Shown here: one piece after another, positions 33,555 to 41,558 of the stretch
Layout: every line of letters begins with the position of its first letter
Numbering within the stretch: the first letter of the stretch is position 1
Assembly: GCA_038918905.1 (NCBI GenBank)
Contig: JBCKZS010000007.1
Coordinates: 9,610-73,609, forward strand
From: Vicinamibacterales bacterium
GTDB lineage: Bacteria; Acidobacteriota; Vicinamibacteria; Vicinamibacterales; SCN-69-37
Length of the DNA stretch: 64,000 nt
Direction of reading: 5' to 3'
The notes under the pieces: generated by a model
What the model saw: the letters and a program-made list of their open reading frames with translations, nothing else
The model's database searches: none
Told to the model about the DNA's origin: nothing
Position numbers and translations under genes: made by a program

Positions 33555-34957
33555 AACAGCGGCTGCTGGTGATCGATGACGAAGCGGCCATCCGTGACAC
33601 GATGCGGATGCTGCTCGAATATGACGGCTACGACGTGCTGGTGGCGGGCTCGGGACACGAGGGGTTGACCCTGGTCGAGCGCGAGAACCCCGACCTGGTC
33701 TTTCTCGACGTGAAGATGCCCGGCATGGACGGCCTCGAGGTCCTCAGCCGCATCCGCGGCCTCAACGACTCCCTCCCCGTCGTCATCGTCTCGGCGCACG
33801 GGAATACGACGACGGCGCTGGAGGCGGGGCGGTTGGGCGCGTTTCGGTTCATTGAGAAGCCGCTGTCGAAAGACTACGTGCTCGATGCCGTGCGCGAGGG
33901 CCTGGAACTGGGCCAGTTGCGGCGGGAGAACCGGCAGTTGCGGTCGACGCTCGAGAGCCGGCATCAGGTGGTGGGAGAGAGCGCCGGCCTGAAGAGCGTC
34001 ATGGACCAGGTGCGCCGGGCCGCGCCGACCAATGCCACGGTGCTGATTCTGGGCGAGAGCGGCGTGGGCAAAGAGTTGATCGCGCGCGCGATCCATCGGA
34101 ACAGCCTGCGGGCGAAGGAGCGGTTCGTGCAGGTGAATTGCGCGGCGATTCCGGAGGAACTCATCGAGTCGGAACTGTTCGGCCACGAGCGCGGCGCGTT
34201 CACCGGCGCCACTGAAAAGCAGACCGGCAAGTTCGAGCAGGCCGACAAGGGCACGATCTTCCTCGACGAAGTCGCCGACATGAGCGCGAAAACGCAGGCC
34301 AAGGTGTTGCGCGTGCTGCAGGAGGGGGAAGTCGAACGGCTGGGGTCGGCGCGCACGATCAAGGTGGATGTGCGGGTCATCGCGGCGACAAACAAGGATC
34401 TCGAACAGGAGATAGCCGGGGGCCGCTTCCGCGAAGACCTCTACTTCCGTCTGAGCGTGATTCCGATCAGTACCCCGGCGTTGCGCGAGCGCCTGGAGGA
34501 TATTCCCACGCTGGTGGCGCATTTTGTGGCGCAGTTCAGCCGCGAAAACAACCGGCGGCCCGCGCGGTTCTCCACCCAGGCGATCGAGGCGCTGAAACAG
34601 GCGCGCTGGCGCGGCAATGTCCGCGAGCTGAAGAACGTGGTCGAGCGGCTGCTGATTATGAGTGGCCGGGATGTCATCGAGGCGGCCGATGTGCGGGCGG
34701 TGGTGCGCAGCGAGACACGGCCCGAGGGCAACGGCGCCGCGCCGGCCGCGACGACGCCCGGAGCGTATACTGAAGGGGGCTCGACGCCCGGCACGTTGCG
34801 GGAATTCAAGGAAACCGCCGAGCGCGCCTGGCTGGTGGCCAAACTGCGCGAGCACGCCTGGAACATCTCGAAGACCGCGGAGGTCATCGATACACCGCGC
34901 AGCAATTTGTACAAGAAGCTCGAACAGTACGGCATTTCGCAGGAAACGGACGGCTGA
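33551..34957 (+). CDS. sigma54-dependent response regulator (NtrC family)
   Basis: REC domain (LLVIDDE...DLVFLDVKMPGMDG), AAA+ Walker A GESGVGKE, intact GAFTGA (ERGAFTGA), C-terminal Fis-type HTH. ATGA overlap with the protease stop. No sensor kinase adjacent. Confidence 0.85.
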
Positions 34958-34976
34958 GCAAAGATTGATATTCCGT

Positions 34977-35484
34977 CGTGGTGGGCTGGACGATCGCCGT
35001 CCGCGGGAGCTCGCTGAGGCGCCGCAAGGCGCGGAGGCGAGCGAAGGCGGAGGGAGGAAAGTCCGAACTCCGCAGGGCAGTGCGCCGGGTAATTCCCGGT
35101 CGGGGCAACCCGAAGGACAGTGGCACAGAAAAGATACCGCTTCGGTTGGCCCGACTGACGACTGCGGAGTGATGCGCGTCCGATCGCGCGCGCATCACTC
35201 CCGCGCTCGTGAGTCGGGTCAACCGGAGTAAGGGTGAAAAGGTGCGGTAAGAGCGCACCGCGTCTGCCGTAAGGCAGATGGCAGGCAAAACCCCGCACGG
35301 AGCAAGGCCAAATAGGGAGGCGCGTGAGGACGGCCCGTCCGAAGCCTCCGGGTAGGCTGCTGGAGCCGGTGAGTAATCACCGGCCTGGAGGAATGATCGT
35401 CACCACGCCATAGCCCGCCGCAACGCCGTAAGGCGTGAAGGTGGGCGACGGCGGGGAACAGAATTCGGCTTACAGCCCACCGCG
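34977..35484 (+). ncRNA. rnpB: RNase P RNA, bacterial type A
   Basis: Universal elements read directly: GGAGGAAAGTCCG (P4 5' strand), ACAGAAAAGATACCGC, GGGTGAAAAGGTGCGGTAAGAGCGCACC, AGCAAGGCCAAATAGGG, ACAGAATTCGGCTTACAG (P4 3' strand). P1 pairing of gGTGGGCTG (34980) with CAGCCCACc (35473). Ends are good to about +/-5 nt. Confidence 0.9.
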
Positions 35485-35564
35485 GCGGAACCTTGTCCTT
35501 GATCGAGAGATTGAGGATGGGGGATTGGGGATTGAGGATTGTCAGTTCAAGGAGGATGGTGCGA

Positions 35565-36917
35565 ATGCGTTCCAGGCGAGTGCTGATAAGTGGTGTCGCT
35601 GCGGTGGCGCTGGGTGGCTGGATCGGGGGATGGCAGGCTGTGGGCGTTGGCGCGGCGCACGTGACTGTCCAGGCTGAGGTGCAAGCTGGTGCCGGCCGGG
35701 CCGCGGGACAGGGCCGCGGCGGCGGTCGAGGGCGCGGGTTCGTGATGGCCCCCGTGGAGGGCCAGTGTCCGGCGGGCACCGCGATGATTGCGCCCGACCA
35801 ATGTTCCCGCATCGTGCCCCCGGTCAACGGCGAATGCCCCCCGGGCACCACGTTGCGGCGGCCCGGGAGCTGCATGTTTCCGGAGTTTCCGGCGCCGTCG
35901 ATTCTCGATTACCGGCCGCGCTCCACGCTGGTGGTCGCGGGGCACCTGGTGCCCCGCGCGAAATACCCGGTCATCGACATCCACAGCCATCACCAGGTGT
36001 CCGAGTTGAACATCGAGCAGACGATCAAGGAGATGGACGCCCTTAATCTGCAGATCCTGGTCAACCTGAGCGGCGGCAGCAATCCCGACCAGATCAAAGG
36101 CCGGGTGGACTACATCCGTGCAAGCAGATATCCGAACCGCTTCGCGGTGTTTGCCAACGTGAACTGGAATCAGCCTGATGCGCCCGGGTGGGCCGGGATG
36201 GCCGTGGCCGACCTGGAAGCCTCTGTCAGGAACGGTGCGATCGGCCTGAAGATCGGCAAGAACCTGGGGCTCCAGAGCACGAAAACGGACGGGTCGCTGG
36301 TGAAGGTGAACGACCCGCTGCTCAGGCCCATCTGGGAGGCCTGCGCCCGTCTCAACATTCCGGTCATCATCCACACGGCCGAGCCCGAGGAGTTCTTCTC
36401 GCCGCTGGACATGCGGAACGAGCGCTGGCTCGAACTGGCGCTCTTCGAGGATCGCCGGAACTACATGCCTGGCCGGCCGAAGTTCGAGGACCTGCAGAAC
36501 GAGCGCGACGAACTCTTCATCGCGAATCCGAACACGCGGTTCATCGGCGCGCACTTCGCCTATTACGGCAACAACCTGAAGAAGGCCGCCGAGCTGCTCG
36601 ACAAGGCCCCCAACGTGGTGCTCGAAGTGGGCGCCGTGTTGTACGACTTCGCCCGCCAGCCCAGGGCAGCCCGCGAGTTCTTTATCAAGTACCAGGACCG
36701 TGTGCTCTTCGGGAAGGACGCCTATTTCCCTGAGGAATTCCCGTACTACTGGCGCGTGTTTGAAACCGCCGACGAGTACTTCGACTACTACCGCGATTAC
36801 CACGCGTTCTGGAAGTTGTACGGCATGGACCTGCCCGATGAAGTCCTGAAGAAGCTGTACTACAAGAATGCGCTGCGCGTCACCCCTGGGCTGCCGCGGG
36901 CAGGGTGGCCTCAGTAG
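35565..36917 (+). CDS. secreted amidohydrolase-family protein
   Basis: Start MRSRRVLISGVAAVALGG 9 nt after an AAGGAGG Shine-Dalgarno. Metal motif VIDIHSHH and later IIHTAEP. The N-terminus carries two short Cys-loop repeats. Confidence 0.7.
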   Translation: MRSRRVLISGVAAVALGGWIGGWQAVGVGAAHVTVQAEVQAGAGRAAGQGRGGGRGRGFVMAPVEGQCPAGTAMIAPDQCSRIVPPVNGECPPGTTLRRPGSCMFPEFPAPSILDYRPRSTLVVAGHLVPRAKYPVIDIHSHHQVSELNIEQTIKEMDALNLQILVNLSGGSNPDQIKGRVDYIRASRYPNRFAVFANVNWNQPDAPGWAGMAVADLEASVRNGAIGLKIGKNLGLQSTKTDGSLVKVNDPLLRPIWEACARLNIPVIIHTAEPEEFFSPLDMRNERWLELALFEDRRNYMPGRPKFEDLQNERDELFIANPNTRFIGAHFAYYGNNLKKAAELLDKAPNVVLEVGAVLYDFARQPRAAREFFIKYQDRVLFGKDAYFPEEFPYYWRVFETADEYFDYYRDYHAFWKLYGMDLPDEVLKKLYYKNALRVTPGLPRAGWPQ

Positions 36918-36922
36918 GTGGT

Positions 36923-37093
36923 GAGATGGCTGAGATGTCTGAGGTGGCAGAGATGACGGATATGACTGAGGTGTCGGAGGTTGGCTCACCATTTCAACCA
37001 ACTCGGTCGGTCAGCTCAGTCATCTCAGCCACCTCAGCCAGCTCCACCTCAGCCATCTCAGCCAGCTCCACCTCAGCCATCTCAGTCATCTCA
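36923..37093. repeat. inverted arrays of a 9-nt periodic unit (GAGRTGNCN x7 facing CTCAGYCAN/CTCCAC x~9)
   Basis: Read directly. The left arm 36923-36985 is seven contiguous 9-mers (gagatggct gagatgtct gaggtggca gagatgacg gatatgact gaggtgtcg gaggttggc). The right arm 37015-37093 holds the complementary units, including a 24-nt tandem duplication (37033-37056 and 37057-37080). Confidence 0.85.
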
Positions 37094-37095
37094 TA

Positions 37096-38034
37096 ATGTC
37101 TCTGTATCTCGTCACCGGCGGCGCGGGGTTTATCGGGTCTCATCTGGTCGAAGCCCTGCGGCGCCGGGGTGACCAGGTGCGCATCGCGGACAACTTCGCG
37201 ACGGGTAAACGGGAGAATGTCCCCGCAGGTGTCGATCTCCTCGAAGGCGATTTAGCCGATGAGGGGGTGGCCGCAAGGGCGGTGGCGGGCTGCGAGTACG
37301 TGCTGCACCAAGCCGCGATTCCGTCGGTGCCGCGCTCGGTGAAAGACCCGCTCGGCACGCATCGCGCCAATATTGATGGCACCCTCCAGGTGCTGGTCGC
37401 GGCCCGCGATGCCGGCGTCAAACGCGTGGTGTTTGCCGGATCCTCCTCGACCTACGGCAATTCGAAGGTGCTCCCCAAGCGCGAAGACATGCGCCCGGCG
37501 CCCCTCAGCCCATACGCGCTCCAGAAATGGACGGGCGAACAGTACCTCCGGATGTTCACGGCGCTGTACGGACTCGAGACGGTGACGATCCGGTACTTCA
37601 ACGTCTTCGGCCCACGCCAGGCGCCCGACTCGCCGTATTCGGGCGTGATCTCCCTCTTCATCAAGGCCTTTCTGGCCGGACAGCCGCCCCTCATCCACGG
37701 CGATGGGCGACAGACGCGTGACTTCACCTACGTCAGCAACGTCGTGGACGGCGTCCTGCGCGCCGCCACGGCACCCCACGTGGCGGGAGAAGTGATCAAC
37801 GTCGCCACCGGCGGCCGCGTCTCGCTCCTGGAGTTGTCACGTGCCCTGCAGATGATCCTCGGCAGCACGATCGAACCCACGTTTGGTCCGCCGCGCGAAG
37901 GGGACGTGAAAGACTCGCAGGCCGACATCTTCAAGGCCCGCAAGCTCCTCGGCTACGAACCCACGGTGCCGTTCGAAGAAGGCCTGCGCCACACGGTCGA
38001 CTGGTGCCGCGGCGCAACCCCGGTCGTCGCTTAG
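37096..38034 (+). CDS. NAD-dependent sugar epimerase/dehydratase (extended SDR)
   Basis: LVTGGAGFIGSHLVEAL (GxxGxxG) and YALQKWTGE (YxxxK); 312 aa. Confidence 0.85.
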   Translation: MSLYLVTGGAGFIGSHLVEALRRRGDQVRIADNFATGKRENVPAGVDLLEGDLADEGVAARAVAGCEYVLHQAAIPSVPRSVKDPLGTHRANIDGTLQVLVAARDAGVKRVVFAGSSSTYGNSKVLPKREDMRPAPLSPYALQKWTGEQYLRMFTALYGLETVTIRYFNVFGPRQAPDSPYSGVISLFIKAFLAGQPPLIHGDGRQTRDFTYVSNVVDGVLRAATAPHVAGEVINVATGGRVSLLELSRALQMILGSTIEPTFGPPREGDVKDSQADIFKARKLLGYEPTVPFEEGLRHTVDWCRGATPVVA

Positions 38035-38324
38035 ACACCCCTCCCACACAATCCGTCAACGCCGGGTGGCAGTTCGGCACGCTGACGTCCCGATGCCCTG
38101 TTGGTACATCAGCGATAACCCCCGCATCTCCTGAGAGTTCGCCGGTCGCCGCGGCCGCGGCGGTTGTTGGCCGCCTTCCTGCAATCTGACCGGCCGGGAC
38201 CCGGCCAGCCGTCCCGCGATTACTGCGGCCTCCTGACCCTGCGTTTGGAAGCGAGCGGCTGCGCCGGCCCCGTCACACGACCGGGCGTAATTGGACGCCC
38301 GTCGTCTCTTCACCTGGAGATGTC

Positions 38325-38651
38325 ATGACACGCACGCTCATCGTTACTCTATTGTTCGCCGCCGCGGCGATGGCCGCGCCGTGGTCCGCCACGGCACAGG
38401 AAGCCAAGCCCCCGCAGTCGGTCAAGGCCGCGCAAACGCCGGTCAACCTCAACACCGCCACGCCGAAGGAACTCGTGGCCCTGCCTGGCGTGGGCCCCGC
38501 CACCGCCGCGCGCATCGTGGAATACCGCGAGAAGAACGGGGCCTTCAAGAAGATCGAAGACCTGATGAACGTGCGCGGCATCGGCGAGAAGACGTTCCTC
38601 ACCCTCAAGCCGATGATTACCGTGGCGCCGCCCAAGGGCGTCGGGTGGTAG
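38325..38651 (+). CDS. comEA: ComEA-like helix-hairpin-helix DNA-binding protein (secreted)
   Basis: Signal peptide MTRTLIVTLLFAAAAMAAPWSATAQ, then VNLNTATPKELVALPGVGPATAARIVEYREKNGAFKKIEDLMNVRGIGEKTF, the ComEA HhH module. Confidence 0.8.
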   Translation: MTRTLIVTLLFAAAAMAAPWSATAQEAKPPQSVKAAQTPVNLNTATPKELVALPGVGPATAARIVEYREKNGAFKKIEDLMNVRGIGEKTFLTLKPMITVAPPKGVGW

Positions 38652-39292
38652 GGAAGCGACGGTCGCGAAGGATCGGCGGGTGGGCGGGATCCGGGGGCCC
38701 ACTCGCCGACGCCGGCGCGTCGCTGGTGGAGACGATCATCGTGCTCACACTGGCCACAACCCTGGTGTCGCTGGGCGCGCCGTTCATGGTCCATGCCCGC
38801 GATGCCGAGGACGCACGCCAGGCCGCCTGGCTGCTGGCAGGGCAACTGCGCGCGGCACGGCAGCAGGCGATTCGCGAAGGCCGCCACGTCGGGTTGGTGT
38901 TCGATGTGGGAGGCGCGGCGTTCACGGAGCCAACCACGTGGCGTGTTCGTCAATGCGCGGACGGCAACCGCAACGGACTGTCGCGAGCCGAGATTGACGA
39001 AGGCACGGACCGGTGCCGTGACACGGCGCGGCCGCTGTCAGCCTGGCTGCCGCGGACCGAGATCGGCCGGGCCTCTGGCGTGCCCGACCTGTCGGGACGC
39101 TTCGACACCGCGCCGGTCGCCTTCGGGACGAGCCGGATGGCGAGTTTCTCTCCGCTCGGCACGGCCTCCTCAGGTTCGGTCACCGTGCGCACGCAACGGG
39201 GCACGCATTACGCCGTGCGCGTCGCCGGCGTGACGGGGCGAATTCGGGTGCTGCGCTTCAACCCGTCCTCGCGCCAGTGGGAGGAACGATGA
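38645..39292 (+). CDS. GspH/FimT-like minor pseudopilin
   Basis: Prepilin-like N-terminus ...ADAG/ASLVETIIVLTLATTLVSL, GspH-type helix LAGQLRAARQQAIREGRHVGLVFD, C-terminal ...YAVRVAGVTGRIRVLRF. The GTG start at 38645 is inferred and overlaps the comEA stop by 7 nt. The alanine after the cleavage Gly is atypical. Confidence 0.55.
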   Translation: MVGKRRSRRIGGWAGSGGPLADAGASLVETIIVLTLATTLVSLGAPFMVHARDAEDARQAAWLLAGQLRAARQQAIREGRHVGLVFDVGGAAFTEPTTWRVRQCADGNRNGLSRAEIDEGTDRCRDTARPLSAWLPRTEIGRASGVPDLSGRFDTAPVAFGTSRMASFSPLGTASSGSVTVRTQRGTHYAVRVAGVTGRIRVLRFNPSSRQWEER

Positions 39293-39507
39293 CCCGGCGT
39301 CGCTATCGCCTTGGGCGGGATTTAACGATGGTGGATGAGACGCCGGGGGATGTGTACGTGGAGGGACGGGTGCGGTTGCGCCCCGGGCAGCCGATTGAGA
39401 TCTGCGGCGCGGGCGAAGACCGGGGCGCGTTGGTGCTGACGTGGATGGTGGCCCGGCTGGGCAAGGACGGACCGGTGTACCGCGGCGTGTGCCGCTGGGA
39501 CGAGTGA
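39289..39507 (+). CDS. 72-aa hypothetical protein (weak PilZ-like features)
   Basis: ATGA overlap with the pseudopilin stop. MTRRRYRLGRDL... (an RxxxR at the N-terminus). It ends 18 nt before the EBP gene, which itself lacks a sensory domain. Confidence 0.45.
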   Translation: MTRRRYRLGRDLTMVDETPGDVYVEGRVRLRPGQPIEICGAGEDRGALVLTWMVARLGKDGPVYRGVCRWDE

Positions 39508-39525
39508 GAGGCGGGGAGAATCACC

Positions 39526-40542
39526 ATGCTGGTGGGACGCAGTTCGGTCATGCACGACTTGCGCGCTCAAGTGGCGCGCATCGGTGCGACGGACTTCACG
39601 GTGCTGATCTCGGGGGAGAGCGGCACGGGCAAGGAACTGGTCGCCCGTGGTCTGCACGCGGCCGCCGGCCGGCGCGCGCGGGGACCTTTCATCGCGGTCA
39701 ATTGCGCGGCCCTGGTCGAGACGCTGCTCGAGGCGGAGCTGTTCGGCATCGAAGACCGGACGGCCACAGGCGTGAAGGGGCGGCGGGGCAAGTTCGAACT
39801 GGCCGAAGGCGGCACCCTGTTCCTCGACGAAGTCTCCGACCTCTCCTCGTCAGCCCAGGCCAAGCTGCTGCGCGTCTTGCAGGACCTGTCGGTGGAGCGG
39901 GTGGGCGGCGGCCGGAGCCGCACGGTGGATACCCGGGTGGTGGCGGCCACCAACCGGAACCTGGCGCAACAGGTGCGCAAGGGCGGGTTTCGCGAAGACC
40001 TGTTCTATCGGTTGTCGGGCGTGGAGTTGCACGTGCCGCCCCTCCGCACGCGCCGGGAAGATGTGCCGTTGTTAGCCGACCACCTCCTCGGGCGCCATCG
40101 TCGCTTCCGCCCGCTGGTGGTGGAGCCGGAAGCCCTGGAGGCGTTGTGCACGTTTGATTGGCCCGGCAACGTGCGGCAACTCGAACGTGTGCTGGAGCGG
40201 GCGCTGGCGCTCGCCCCGGGCGCGCGGATCGAACTGAGCGATTTGCCGGAAGAGATTACCGCCGGGTACCGGGGCATGGTCGCCGCCAGGCCGCCTCAGG
40301 ACCACACGTTGCGAGCGTGGAGCAGCCGGTATGCGCGGCTGGTGCTCGAACGGTGTGATGGGAACAAGCGACGCGCGTGTGACGAGCTCGACATCAGCTA
40401 CCACACGCTGCGCGCGCTGCTTGAGTACGCCGCTGGCGCCCCGTGTGGCGACGCGCGTGCTCTCACAGTCGCAGGGTCACCGCTCGACGGGATGCCGCGA
40501 GTCTTGACCATTACACGAGAGAAGGAAGAGAGGACCGCATGA
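39526..40542 (+). CDS. AAA+ enhancer-binding-protein-like regulator with no receiver domain and a degenerate GAFTGA loop
   Basis: Starts directly at the AAA+ core (LVGRSSVMHDLRAQV..., Walker A GESGTGKE, Walker B TLFLDEV) with a C-terminal HTH (GNKRRACDELDISYHTLRALL). Where GAFTGA is expected it reads FGIEDRTATGVKG. Confidence 0.8.
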   Translation: MLVGRSSVMHDLRAQVARIGATDFTVLISGESGTGKELVARGLHAAAGRRARGPFIAVNCAALVETLLEAELFGIEDRTATGVKGRRGKFELAEGGTLFLDEVSDLSSSAQAKLLRVLQDLSVERVGGGRSRTVDTRVVAATNRNLAQQVRKGGFREDLFYRLSGVELHVPPLRTRREDVPLLADHLLGRHRRFRPLVVEPEALEALCTFDWPGNVRQLERVLERALALAPGARIELSDLPEEITAGYRGMVAARPPQDHTLRAWSSRYARLVLERCDGNKRRACDELDISYHTLRALLEYAAGAPCGDARALTVAGSPLDGMPRVLTITREKEERTA

Positions 40543-40733
40543 TCTATTGGGTGTCGAATGGCTGCCTCGACGCATATCTGTTCACCGTCGCGAAAACCGT
40601 GGAACGGCTGAACGCGTGTTCGCCCAGCACATGGGAGGGAATGGCCACATGGGAGAAGTTGGCCGATTGTGTCGACGACTACCTCTGGGCGCTTTACGTT
40701 GCCGCCGAGGCCTACGTTCAGTGCCGGTTCTGA
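40539..40733 (+). CDS. 64-aa four-cysteine protein (unknown family)
   Basis: ATGA overlap with the EBP stop, and a purine-rich Shine-Dalgarno (gaaggaagagagga) upstream. MIYWVSNGCLDAYLFTVAKTVERLNACSPSTWEGMATWEKLADCVDDYLWALYVAAEAYVQCRF. Shares its Cys spacing with the C-terminus of the next gene. Confidence 0.5.
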   Translation: MIYWVSNGCLDAYLFTVAKTVERLNACSPSTWEGMATWEKLADCVDDYLWALYVAAEAYVQCRF

Positions 40734-40747
40734 AAAGGAGGAATGAG

Positions 40748-41536
40748 ATGGAGAGAAAAATGTACACGCTGTTTCCGCATCGCGCGCTGATGGCCACGAT
40801 GCTGTTGCCCCTGCTGACGCTGGCGTCAGCCGCCAGCGCTGCGTCGGAGCCGCTCGGCTCCGACGTTCCCACCGTGAAAGTCACCCGGGTCGGTCCGGCC
40901 CGCGTGGTTGTTGAAGTCGCGAACGCCAACGTGTCCGTGCGCAAGGAAGTCACGAGAGACTCGTCGCTCGTGACGATCACAAGCCGGCGCGACGAACTGC
41001 AGGTGCACGTGGCGCGCGGCCGGATGGTGCTGAGCACGCCGCATGGCACCGTGGCGCTTGAGGACGACCCGGCCGAAACGGTCATGCGGATCGTCGCGGT
41101 GCTGCAGCGGTCCGAGGCGGCCGCCCTGGCCCGGACCCTGTTGCGCCAGGTGCCCGACACCCCGCGCGATTTCGGCAGCCAGACGCTGGCGCTGACCCGC
41201 GCGGTACTCGAGATCGGCAGCGGCGACGCGTCAGCCCTGGCGAGCCGCCGGAACTGGGTGGAGCAGGAACGGATCCGACTGGCGTCCCAGTCGCCCACGC
41301 AGCCACGGCTGATGCGGGTCACCTGGCAAAGCAGCGGCAGCGATCGTGGGCCCGGCGACTGTTGGGATGTGTATGCCAAGGAGGCGATCCGGATCGCCGA
41401 CGATACCTTGGAGTGCATCAGTGGGATCACAGGGTGGTTCAGCTACTACGCGTGCAATATCGTCTACATCGTCCGGGCCGAAGCGGCGATGGCCTGGTTC
41501 ATCGCCTGCAGCGGCGGGTTCCCATTCAGCGGATGA
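40748..41536 (+). CDS. secreted 262-aa protein with a C-terminal four-cysteine domain (unknown family)
   Basis: AAGGAGG Shine-Dalgarno 6 nt upstream. Signal peptide MERKMYTLFPHRALMATMLLPLLTLASAASAAS. C-terminus CWDVYAKEAIRIADDTLECISGITGWFSYYACNIVYIVRAEAAMAWFIAC. Confidence 0.65.
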   Translation: MERKMYTLFPHRALMATMLLPLLTLASAASAASEPLGSDVPTVKVTRVGPARVVVEVANANVSVRKEVTRDSSLVTITSRRDELQVHVARGRMVLSTPHGTVALEDDPAETVMRIVAVLQRSEAAALARTLLRQVPDTPRDFGSQTLALTRAVLEIGSGDASALASRRNWVEQERIRLASQSPTQPRLMRVTWQSSGSDRGPGDCWDVYAKEAIRIADDTLECISGITGWFSYYACNIVYIVRAEAAMAWFIACSGGFPFSG

Positions 41537-41558
41537 CACCGGGTTCCGGGAGGTTTCG

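Noticed and set aside
35508-35540. gattgagga/ggattgggg low-complexity run between rnpB and the amidohydrolase gene
   Set aside because: It is a short imperfect G/T-rich repeat just upstream of the Shine-Dalgarno. It has no second copy in the window and no clear structure.
36923-37093. CRISPR array
   Set aside because: The units are 9 nt, contiguous with no spacers, and arranged as inverted arms. No cas genes are in the window.
36905-37096. 63-aa ORF (…GEMAEMSEVAEMTDMTEVSEVG…SATSASSTSAISASSTSAISVIS)
   Set aside because: Its periodic peptide is simply the translation of the 9-nt repeat arrays on both arms. There is no Shine-Dalgarno, and it reads through a palindrome. It is more likely non-coding.
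40443-41536. Track ORFs 40443..40733 (96 aa) and 40547..41536 (329 aa) taken at full length
   Set aside because: Their N-terminal extensions are Arg-rich and overlap the EBP gene or each other. Internal starts with good Shine-Dalgarno sequences (40539 with ATGA coupling; 40748 after AAGGAGG) give a clean non-overlapping arrangement.
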